From Phallusia mammillata (taxonomy: Eukaryota), in assembly GCA_965637545.1 (NCBI GenBank), contig OZ281495.1, positions 21,886,001-21,950,000 of the forward strand: 64,000 bases of DNA, given 5' to 3'. Positions 1-12,036 of the stretch are shown piece by piece (the first letter of the stretch is position 1; each line of letters starts with the position of its first letter). The notes under the pieces are model-generated. The model did no database searches. It was not told the origin of the DNA and saw only the letters and a list, made by a program, of their open reading frames with translations. The position numbers and the translations under genes are program-made.

Positions 1-3000
1 CTCGAACGAAGGCAGATTAAGAATCGATTTTACATGCAGAAAAATCAAAACACAACCTCAACAAAAGCATATACGAAAAAACACAAATAAATAGGCTTGA
101 TACGTGCATGGCAGTGGCAAGTCTTTACGCCGCATACTCGGAAAACATACGTGCGTTCTGGTAATTTCTACCTAGGAATTCGTAACTTTGAAAGGGACCT
201 TTGTAAGCAGAGTACCAATTCCGTGTCCCACATCATAACTTTGTTTCACCTAGACACATGCAGTCCCCGAGTGTACAGCAATTTGCCGCTGACAACCAGT
301 TTAATCCTCTGTTTGTTTTCACTTTAGTGAGCCGCAACAGCTAGAATTAGAAGCTACGAATTAAGTAAACACGCCATAAACCGACAAACGGCAATTAATC
401 CTTTATTTGCGTGCAACACCTTCTGTATCATGTATACGTGCAACGTCCAAATTCGTGCGAGGCTGGTGTGCGGTTTGCAAACCAACACAAGTAAGTATGA
501 CGGACTTCAAACGTGGCTTTGCTTCATCGAGCTTCCCGCGTCTGCTACGAGATTTACGCATTTGTGACGTCCAATAGGTGAATCACACAACTTTAATTAC
601 TGCAGCTGCTCCAGGTTTTGCTCGTACCCATCTTTGAAAGGCGTTAAAGATGAAAGCGCCGATTCGTTGAGTTGGGCTGCGGCAGACCTGGGCGCGGTCG
701 AGGCATTGTTGCTGCAAACCTCCAACCAATGTGTTGACTACAAACGCCAATGGGACTTCAAAGTTCAAAAACGCTGATCAAAAGCCATCGTGACGAACCT
801 GTGCCAAGTTATTCGCAAATATTTAGCAGAAAAGGCAACGCGAGAGGTGTGAGTTATATCTTTGGGAAAGGTAAGGAAAAAGACCGCAGATGTCATGTTC
901 CTGTGCGAGAACAGAGTTTCTCGTCGCACCACACAGTTTAGTAATCTGTTAATTTCATTGTTTGCGGTGGAGCATTTGCACTTGCGCCGTTAAGCGTTTC
1001 GCCCTAATCTAATAACCGTCCGCCGCAGGGTCGACAAGTTCATTGCGTGCCCTGTTTCCTGCGCAAGGTTTGGGGCATTCCTCCAAATGCAACCAATGAA
1101 GCGTTATTCGGACGTTTGATGTTCTTGCAAGTGAACGCAGCTGTTTGTGCATTCGTTGTGAGTCTGTTTGGTTACAAAATCATAGATTAGGTGATGCATT
1201 GCCCTGAACTTTGGTAATCCAAACCGTGTAAGCCAAAATAAACGCGGGTCAGACTTGCGAGGAAATAAACATCCATCATTGCTCACGAATGTGAATACCT
1301 TTGCAAAACTGCCGACTGTGAGGTGGCATTGATGTATAGCTAATGTGCCCCTACATACAGCATATTTGTATGTATACCACTCATCGTGTGCAGGGGAAAT
1401 GTGTACATTAGGAAATGCGGCTTAAATGGGTCTCAAATTTTTTGGTTAGCTCTTTCATGCTGCAGCATCCAAAGCTTTAGCGGTTTGGCTTACGCTTGAA
1501 CGCTTGACTCGCAGAGAAAATCAGACGAAGGTGCATCAAAGCAACATTGGATCAATGTAAGGGTTGCTCGCAATCAAGCGACGATGACACAAACACACTA
1601 AACGGCCGCGACAGACCCGTGACCGATTTGACATCAAATTACAACCAGGCACTTTCGCCGGGCACGGGCCTCAACTTCAGCTGATAAATTAAGAGATCCC
1701 TTCGGCATCGCTTGACATCACACAGCTGGGCGAAGAGCAAATGCCAGGGTAAAGCCAATGCGGAATTATGGTTGGGATGCGATAACGTCTGTGGAAATAG
1801 TGCAGAAGAACGTGTTTAGGTAAAGCTGTTTTCAAGTACAGCATGTAAACATCCAACGGAACAGGAGATTGGTTAAAAACAATCAGGTTCTTGTAAACAG
1901 ACGTGCTCAAATGTATTTGAAGCATTGTCTAACAGTGGTGCATGAAAAATCTCCATCCGTTCCAGTTTATTTTGGTAACGGGTCGGAAATGCCCGGATCG
2001 TTATTCAAACAAAAATTGTTTACAACAAGTATCTGCGCCTGTTGTTTTGAGGAGATAAAACTCAGTGGGGCGGAAAGGGATGTAAAGGAGACAACGAAAA
2101 GTAAAACGGAACTTTGTTTTTCGATGCACTGTCAAAGACCAGGAATTTAAGTTACAGCAGTTCTTTTCGTTCGCGCAGTGATTTTCCCCTTCTTAAATTT
2201 CTGACACAAGTGTAGAGCCAGTCACAGATGAGGCGCCAACGTAGCCGCATTTTTCCTTTGCGGAGAAATATGTGTCTAGCTTGTCAACACGTATTCGTTC
2301 CGCTTTGCTGGCCCGCAACGGCCAAGTCCGAAAATGCGCGCATCAATGATAAGTGATTGATGTTTGACGTCGATTTGCCGCGCAAAACAAATCGTCCCGC
2401 TGGCCAAATCAAAGCGGCCCATCTGCTCTCCGTCCTACACCTTTTGCACTGTAAACAGTTAATTTGCTCGCTGACCATAAAATTAGAACATGACGCGTCT
2501 GGCAGCTTTGCCGCTTGACAGAACGAAAAGTTCAAATCGCGTCGAGTCCAGCCGGCACTTACAATCATCAGGATGAATATCCCAGGTCAACCCAAAGGAC
2601 AATCATCTTTTTCATGTGAAAGTCCATCCGCCTACAATGGAATGGTTGTTGCCGGCGATATCAAACTGATCCACAGACTTACTGCTTACGACTTCGGCTC
2701 ATGTAGGAAAACACCATTGTAAAAGAGTGACGGCTTTGCGTATATAATTTGACTATAGCAACTATTATATTGTTTTAAACCAATACGGTAGACATCTTGT
2801 CAGAGTAAAGGTCAAATGCCTTTGTTTATGCATTGTACTTTGTGGCCTCTCCCCCCAAAACAATTAGAATTACTCTATTCACGCAAACCTCCGCAAAGAA
2901 CACACCAAACGATACAACAAGTCAATGAACTTAAAACGCAAGTAAAGGCATCACTGTCATGCATTTACACATTCCGCACATACGTGTCACTCAAGAAAAA

Positions 3001-5312
3001 CGTCAAAAATGGTTTTGTCTCGCTCTTAACAAACCATCTTCACGTGACTAGTGTCATTTTGTGCCAAAGGTCTGTGATGCATCACAACAACGTGCACGCG
3101 CGATGAGGAAAGCAGCATGCGGACACCTGTTAATTAAATCACGCTGTTGTGACTTAAATCGTCCCGATCCTCCCTCTATGAACGCGCGCACTTGCATGAC
3201 TCTGCTTGCTGTTTGCAGTCAGAACGCAGTGGCGCGTTGGTGAATGTCACCTGGTAGTTGGCACGGAGCAATAGATGTGCAAGTGCTTGAAACCGTTGCA
3301 CTCGAATTCTGCCTATATTTCACGACCAGCACGCGACCTTCGCTTTCCCGCATGCAGGTGCTATTTCCAAAATTACTTACGCCTTTTTTTCCGGGACGCA
3401 TGGGCAAGACTCTTCACATCCAACGAAACACTGTTGAATATCATGCAGTCGCAGGTGACACCACTTGGTTACTCTTTAGCGCCCATTGGCGGCAAAGCAA
3501 TTACTTCATTTTCTTCGTATATGTGTAGTTGGGAAAGCTGATGCAACAGGTGGCGTGTGCCTATTATTATCCCGAAAACTATTGAACTTCAAAAGGTATT
3601 TTTGTTGTTTTCGTTCGGCAATTTCAATTAGGAAACAACTGCAACGCAGTATTGTATTGATAGATTGCAGAGTACGCTACCCGGGTGATAAAGTACAAGG
3701 TGTGAATTGAGTTAACGTTTCCTGCTGAACCAACTGCGTGGTTTCGAACCCACCTTTCACCTTAAAAATGATCGATTTCACTCGATCCTTATACAAAATG
3801 AGGCGATTCGTCAGAACCGCAAGTACTGCTGATATTTGAAGTGCGGGGAAACTGAAATTAAAGAATTCTTCGCGGAAAATCTTATGCATGTCCGCCGTTT
3901 CATCTCTCAGCGCTTGGCTGGCCAGCAAGTGACGCGAGACCCACTAATTGCTTTCTAATCTTTTGTTGAGCATTTTTCTTGTCCATGCACCCAAGGCGGT
4001 TGGTGTAGCTGGATGCCTGAGGTGCCGCTCACAAAGGTTGCCTGTCAGCTTGTCAATCAATTACCAGCACGGAACTTTGGCACTTGATGCCTGGGATAAG
4101 TGCTAATTGATCTGTTTAATTAACGAGTCGACTTTCTTCAGTGAACCTCTTGCCCCCAACGAGGTAAGGGGCTCAACGCTGCGGTTTACTGTGTGGGGGA
4201 TTTAGTTTTTGACAGCCAGACGCGAAATCTAGTGTTTATGCACAAAAAACAAAGTACCTGACGTTGAGATCAAACATAAGATCGATACAAATCGTTGTAC
4301 TATCGATACAGTTTTGGTTAATCATTTCAGTCTTTTTTGCGTTAAGAGAAAATCTCTTGCTGGTTTGAAGAGAGGTTTTTCAAATGTCATCGCAAAAGAT
4401 GCCGAACAGACAAACGGCGATTTCTGCATCACAGGTTTCCTGGAGGGGCGTGTTAACTTCGGAGACAGTCAGCTGACAAGAAATCAACAAAAGTAGGGAG
4501 CAGGTCGTGGCCGAACATTCTTTTTTCGCGCCACCACAACTGCGATAAAGCGGGCTGCCGCAACAGGCGTAAAAGTTCCTGCGAAAGCGTTGTTGTTTTA
4601 GCCAATTGCTTGTGTCAAAGCCCTACAACATGAAAGCGATACGGTGGCACAGATTCGTTCAAAGCAGGTCACCGCCTAGTGCCCCGCACGCCCGACTCTA
4701 ACCGGATCTACTTTCACCGTAATCTGCTCCCGAAAATGTTGGTACTCCACCATGGGGAGTCTGTAGCAGGACACGACCCTTGTTTGTGAAGAACGTGCGT
4801 TCACGAAAACTTGCCCATTAGACTAATACCCGATGATGGACGAGTTGCTTGCGTAACAAAACCTGTCACGTTTCAGGCAGCACTAACATATATAATATAA
4901 GGATAGAATAGCAAAAACAGAACTTTAACATTCCTACGATGCCTGGTGTTAATAAATCACATTTGAAAAATACTTGTTTAAAAACTTGTAAAAATCCGAT
5001 CAAGAACTCCCGGATATTTCGAATATGTTGTTCAGGATCCAGCTAAAAAGGAAATGTACTCTGGTGTGACATCTGGTTTCCAAACGCTTGCCACGTAACA
5101 GCTTAAGCCGTCATTTGCTCAGTTGCTCAGTTGCACAGGCATACTGCTCGCCTATGACGATGAAATAACAGGTAATTAGTATATTGCATTGTGTTGTATT
5201 GCTTTACATGCCGTGGAACGGAAAACGGATATGACGGCCGTATAGATAGAACATCGGAGGATCCTTCGATTGTATAGTCTCGTTCAGCAAGTTGGTAGGT
5301 GGAACAGACAAG

Positions 5313-8300
5313 ATGAATCAGGAAAGTTTGAGTTTGTTATTGGTCTCGATTTTATGTGGTTCCACATTTATTCAAGGTAAAGTGAAAAAAGAAATAGAAT
5401 TGTCTTGTTCCGTAGAAATTTGAACTGTAAGCATTCTATTAGGAAGTATGCCGACAAAGATGAAAACTTATAAGGACATGTAAACAAATTTGCCAAAGTA
5501 TATTGTCAATATATTGGCAGTACCTTTTGGGTGGGAGTTATTACTTTTGTTGGGAAAAGCCTATTCAGGCAAGGTTATGGGGCCTAATCATTTTATGTTT
5601 ATACTTTAAATAAATCGACATACAACATTTACAGGAACAGATATCCCAGATGCACACGAGATAGTTTATCCCAAAAAGGTTCTTCCGTCAGGTGAACTGA
5701 CATCGTCACTGTCGACCTACATCAACCCTGATGTAAGTCATATATAAAAAAAAAATATACATGTAACGGCATAGAAGTGACAAACTATTTGTTATTAGGA
5801 GAACGACGGTATGCATGAAACAAACTGTCGGTATCAGGTGGAATTCGAAGGACAAATCTACGATATCGATTTAGAACTTAACACTAGGATTGTGGCTGGA
5901 AAATTAACGCTCACGGATGGATCTAACGGCCGTACAACCTCTCCCAGCAAACAGGTTTGATTGAACATTTGTCATGCACAGGCTTGAAAACGACTCTTGT
6001 CAAAATACGCCAACAGGCGACGAAAAAACACACAATTACTTTTCACTGTGAGACATATAGATTTGGTGGATAAATTAATATCTTTGCTGCCACGCAGGAC
6101 ATCAACTACAGTCAGTACACCGGTACTGCAAGGAAAGTTAAGCAACCGCCCAGCAAGGAATTGTACGACGCCTATTTTGAAATTACGGAATTTATGGAGT
6201 AGGAAAAATGTTATATTAATTATTCACTGTTTATTACGCCCAACCTTTGCTACCTTTCTTAAAGGGGAATGATTGAGACTCCTGATACAATCGTTATAAA
6301 ACCATACAACATCGGCCATGTTGCATTTCGTCGTTCTGCAATAAAAGATGATGAGAAAATATTATGTGGCAATGAAGCTTTGGAGAAAGGAGAGATGAAA
6401 CAAAGAAGGGCAATGCATCAATTTTTAAGTACGGTGATTTATATTTGTGTGTGAGAATTTGTAACACAGGGTGCGGTAAAAGAAATAAGTTTTTTTTTAA
6501 ACTTTTTTTCCATGCCTTTTCCATGATTTTCCAAACTTGATTTTGTCACAATAATCACTCAAAACAAACTATTAAAGGTTATCTACAGAAACTAATTATA
6601 CCATATTAAGATCTGCCTGTGAACGAAGACTTCGTAAATGGGCGAGTAAAACGAAATTTGGAAGACAAAACAAAGTATCTTGAACTACTCATTATGGTTC
6701 CCTTTGATCTGGTGGGTCTGAATGAATTATGTTCGAAGAGGTCGGTAAAAATATGACAACGCATTATTTTCCACAGTTCCAATATTTTGGCGAATCTGTC
6801 CTCGACATGACAACAGCTATGCTGCGGTTAACGAACGCCATGGATTGCCTCTATAAACCGGTTGATATCCGAATCGTATTGCGACATATTGAGTATTTTA
6901 GCCAAGGAGATCCCATTCGTCTTGATTTGAACAGCTATTTAACAGTAAGGGCGTACGCATGAACTGACTGTATTAGATTCCTGGACTGGTGCCAAACAAA
7001 TGTGTGTGCAAAAATGTGAGAAATACAGTACAAAGCCCCGGATTTTTTATGATTGCCATTATATACGTTACGCTTTTATCAACGTAACTAAGTATGTTTT
7101 TACAACACATTGGGATTATTGGCGACCCCAGCAACAAAAAACTGCATTAGGTTTGTTCCCCTTGTTACACGTAATCAATCAGTCAATGGGTTCATTTTCT
7201 TGTTACAGACCGTGATTGCCGCGGAAGCCTACGTAAAAACTAGGATCCAGAGAGACCCAATGGATTCGCCTTGGCGAGATATAGACCACGTTATTTTAAT
7301 GAACAACGCCTCGTATGTCGAGATAACAACAGAGGGAAGAGTTCTTGGAGTAGCAAGGCTCTGGCAATTGTGTTCGGCACACTCTCTTTCATACATGGGG
7401 GTATGTACGTGAACTTGTAAATACTACTTAAATGTAAGTACAAAGAAAAACATGAAAAAAACGAACATTGAAGTATTTGTACTTGTAACACGGCATTGTC
7501 CTAACTGAATGACTTTCCAAAACCTTTCAAACACCGCGTGTCAGTTTACTAGTAAATTATAACAAACTGAAAAAAGGGGAAGTAATAGTTTCAGTTATGT
7601 TAAACTGTACTTAAATATGAAACCTATACTTGGCGTGCCATGAAAACTGACGTCGGACGTCAACGTGGCGTGACAGAAATTGTCAACCACTGGTTTGGGC
7701 GTAACGGTATTTTCCAAACCGAGTAGTTATGACTTTGTTCCTTCTGCGCAACTATAAATCCATTGCAATGTTGGGCAATGCACCTCGATTTTAATGGTTA
7801 CATGAAGATTTTAAATGGGTTTAGAATGGTTACATTTTAGTTCCAAGACGATGGACGAATGATTCGTGATTTGGTTGCCGTTCACGAGGTGGGGCATTCA
7901 ATCGGTTTACCGCACAATACTGCGGCCTGTGTTTGCGGTGAAGAAAACTGCATTATGAATGCCAGGGTTACAGTGTAAGTGGTAAAAGTATGAACTAAAA
8001 TATCAATCATGATCGTACATACTACGTCATTTTGAGTGTTGAACCAATCAAAAAGTAGCTTTTCATATACAACACGTAAGTCTAAATGTGATTATTACTT
8101 CTTTCAGACCCTATGCCTCAAAGTGGTCAAACTGCAGCAGGCTACTTATGACCCATGAACTTGAGTCAAGCACCGGAAGATGCTTACTAAATGTCCCCGA
8201 ACCTTCAATGCTCGAGCAAATAAACTCATGTGGAAACAAATTTTTGGAAGCTGGGGAACAGTGTGACTGTGGGACGGTGTCTGAATGCGAAAGGTCAGTT

Positions 8301-11300
8301 TGAGATTTAAGCCAATGAAACAAATCTACTGCCAAATATAGCATAGGAAACAACAAATATAAAACCTTAATCATGCAGCAAAAACAGCTCGGAAAAAAGG
8401 CACCAAGTAACCGACTAACCAAATTGTGTTGTGAAGAAAGACTGGAGGTCTTTAGACTACAAACAACCAATTTATTTAAGAACCCCCCCCCCAAAAAAAA
8501 AAAAACTTTGACGAATTGTAATAGTCCATCAGTTTGTGATTTGAATAAATATTTCAGAAATTAGGCGCGTTTTTGTTTCGCAGTTAGTGTTGCAATCCCC
8601 GAACCTGCCAGCTGTATGATTTTGCACAATGCGACGGAAGCCAGTCGTGCTGTAATGCAGCGACCTGCCGTTTTGCTACAGCTGGAACAATGTGTCGGAA
8701 ACCGTGCGATCCCGAATGTGATTTACCGGAGTACTGCAATGGAAACAATGCAACAGTATAAGCCTATTTTATAACACGCTGTTTTAATGACATTTTTTGG
8801 AAAGAACTTAGTTATGTGACCTGCAGAGAACACGCTTTAACAAGTATTAAACCCAAACCATAAGCTACGAATGCAACTTATCCGTTTACAAACTGAACTT
8901 ATACAAAATATAAATTGTTTGGCAGTGCCCGACAGACAAACGGGTCGAAGATGGAGCAGTCTGTAATGCTGGTCAAGACCGGTGCAAAGGTGGTTATTGC
9001 TTTACTCTAAACCGGCAGTGTGAACAGCGATTTGGAGCAGGTAAGATTCAGTTGATTTTTCTGCGCGGTTGACTGAAAACAACACCAAATACATCAATCA
9101 ACAAATCGCTAAAAACAAATATCGAGGTTTACTGTAAAATCTTCCTACATAAAGGTGCAACACAAGCTCCGGTAAACTGCTACGCATTAAACCTCCGGGG
9201 AGACGCATTTGGAAACTGTGGAGTCAACGAAACCGGTTCCTACATCCCTTGCAGTGTCGCGTAAGTCATCCTTTTGCCTTGTTTACGTGCAATATAAAAG
9301 ATGTTACACTGTGTTTTTCAAGTGACGCATACTGCGGTAAGCTTTCCTGCCAAGGTGCTGCGACAATATATCGACCCAGCAGCTTTCAAACTCAACATAT
9401 GTTTGCGAACTTTTCGGACGGGACTCTTTGCGTTGTTCACATAGAACCAGCCATTCCAGGAGTTTTTGACTTTAGCTACATACAAGACGGAAGTGGCTGC
9501 TTTGGTAACTCTGGGGTAAATGAATAATCTTGAGTTTGACTTACGTTTTGTAAGCTATTAACCTTAACGTCGCAATCTTATTTTTTCCGACACCTTGTAG
9601 ATCTGTGACAAGGGCAAATGTGACTTTTCGCATGTCTCTCTCTGCGACTCCTCATGCAACGGGGTAAGAAATTTCCCTTACTTCAATAAACTTATCATAC
9701 GTGATGAAATGGATACACTTGCATATACCACAGACGTGCAACGACGCTGGTAATTGCTTCTGTTCCGATGGATTTGCACCACCGAGCTGCACTGCGCCCG
9801 GAAACGGAGGAAGCATCGACAGTGGCCCTCCGCCCGTTGCAAATCCAAGTAGGACGTGTTGTTGTTGTACCATGCTTTCAGTTTAAACCCTAAACAAGTC
9901 TAAATAACGACGGTATTTCAAAATTGATAGACTGCGATTCATACAATACCAGTGTTAAATGGAATGATAACAGTGCAGCTGAAAGTGAAATAGCAGTGGA
10001 TGTCGTTTGTGGAAAGAAAATTATGATTAGGTATGTTTTGTGGTTTAAACAGTAAATTAGGTCTGTATAAGCCGCTTTCATTTATATTTTTGCTGCAGTT
10101 TTAACCTGTGTCCTTTCATTGCCCGTGGATATAACGTCGATGATTTGGTAGTGATCGCAGCAAATGAAGATTTCGATCCATTACAGCAAGTAAGTAGTCG
10201 TTGCCCAAACAATGTTACTCATAAACAGCGATCCTGTAGTTGTAGGCAAAACCGAAACGTGTAAACATATCACATTAATCGACTTAATTTTAAACAAAGA
10301 TAACCCGGTAGTGCTGCCACTGTTTTGTTAATCTCACCGACAATAACCACCAACATTATATAACAGAACGTAACTGTCGGAGATGAGTGTGTTGCCAAGC
10401 CCGGAGTTCTCGCAGTAGGAGAAAACTGGAGAGCTAGCATTGCGTTCAGCGTCGATGCCTGTGGTGGAGAAATGAAAGTGAGTTTAATTAAAACAATAAA
10501 TGTTTGATGGTAATCTATCGCAGGCTTTTCGAACAAAAACGAACCGATAGAAACAACCTTTCCATAAGTGCTAACAGTTCGCGTAACCTAAAACAATTCC
10601 ATTCTATCCTAGTCTGGAGAAACGTTTATCACCATCTCCAATCGATTTCGGGCAATCCGCACTGGTCGCACGGATGCTACGGAAACGATTGTCAGAGTTC
10701 GTCCAGAGGTTATCTACGACTTCTCCTGCAAATATGAGAGATCTCTCTACATGCAAATCTCGGCCCATCCAAACAAAAAGTAAGACAAGCGTTCCAAAAA
10801 TCTAAAAAACAAATCCTACGCTGATGCTAGGAAACTTTTTTTTGAAGAAATTTATTAGGCTACGAAGAGGCGCACAAGTATTACGAGGTCAAACTGTCGT
10901 TTTTTGCGGACGCCTCTTACGAACAAAAACTTCGGGTCGACCGGGATATTGTGGTTGTCGGAAACCGAGTGTTCGTACTGCTTGAAATACAAGAAGATAG
11001 CCCAAACCTTGTGCTGCAGGTTAAACAGAAATCCTGTGCGATGTTGCCACTCAAAAATGACAAACTGTAATAATGTCCAAATTTTCAGACTACGAAATGC
11101 TGGATATCACATGTAGCAGACGTTGAAGCAGAACCTCTTTACCACGTCATTGAGGACAGGTAAATTACCCCATTCCAAGTGTAACGTTTTTTTTTCGTGG
11201 TCTTTAGCCTACTTCAGCAACCACAGCTTTGGTGAAAGAATTTATCAAAGAACATACTTATACGTGTAGGGAGCATTTAAGAAGTTCCATGTGTTTTTGA

Positions 11301-11710
11301 ATATGCGCAGATGTCCAGATGTAGATCAGCTTGGGGAAGTTGGGGCCAATGCCATGAGTCAAAATTGCGTTAATCACCAGTCCAGATTTTCCTTTTTGGC
11401 ATTTTCCCATCCAGTGGGAGCAAACGCCAAGGAGCTCCATCTACACTGCAAAGTGCAGACCTGCCAGAATAACTTATTCGACTGCAGCTGTCCAGTAAGT
11501 TATCACAACTTTTATTTTGTCAACTCTTCTGTTTTCCAGCAATAGTTAATTTATTGTAGCTGTCATAGCATGAGCCGTTGCCAATACAAAACATTAAAAT
11601 GTCGATATTTTTTTCAGGTGTGCGACAATGTCAGACGTAAAAGAAGTCACGAAAGCAGTTTTGGAATCGAGAGAGTACTGTCGATTGGACCGTTACTGCT
11701 AAAGCGTTGA
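5313..11710 (+). CDS. Secreted ADAM metalloprotease-disintegrin fused to a C-terminal ZP module, copy 1 (24 exons; possible premature stop at 8585-8587)
   Basis: Hand-spliced exons: signal MNQESLSLLLVSILCGSTFIQG (5313-5376); prodomain HEIVYPKKV and Cys-switch-like KILCGNE; furin RVKR (6643-6654) then TKYLELLIMV; HEVGHSIGLPH (7883-7915) and Met-turn CIM; disintegrin CGNKFLEAGEQCDCG...ECDLPEYC; Cys-rich FGNCG, CGKLSC; EGF and GGSIDSGP; ZP motifs VVCGKKIMI, DACGG, FSCKY, KCWIS, RFSFLAF, LHCKVQTC; final exon VCDNVRRKRSHESSFGIERVLSIGPLLLKR*. Confidence 0.9.
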
Positions 11711-11763
11711 CCTAAAACTTAATTGAGTCATGTATTACATGTGGTGTGTTCTAGTGCTAGTTA

Positions 11764-11769
11764 AATAAA
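11764..11769 (+). terminator. Polyadenylation signal AATAAA of ADAM-ZP copy 1
   Basis: AATAAA about 55 nt after the TGA stop at 11708-11710. Confidence 0.6.
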
Positions 11770-12036
11770 ACACATACCAGGTCAAATCAAGCTTTTAGAT
11801 AATTACAGAGCTAAAGTAAAATATTTGTAGTTGGTTTAATTTGTCCAAGAACGCACAATGTTCAACTTATTCGGAGACGGCACATTTCAATCAATGTGAC
11901 AGAAAGACTGCAGTGGGAAAACAATATTTCACAGCTCACATAAAAAAATTATCTCACGGATAGCCCGGATGTAGAGACAACGTCAACTGTTATTTTGAAA
12001 TGTAGTATTTAGTCAGTTATTTGTCTTGTTATCAAC

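Noticed and set aside
4070-4180. Possible microRNA (TTTGGCACT seed-like sequence and nearby short hairpin)
   Set aside because: No convincing precursor stem or full mature-sequence match
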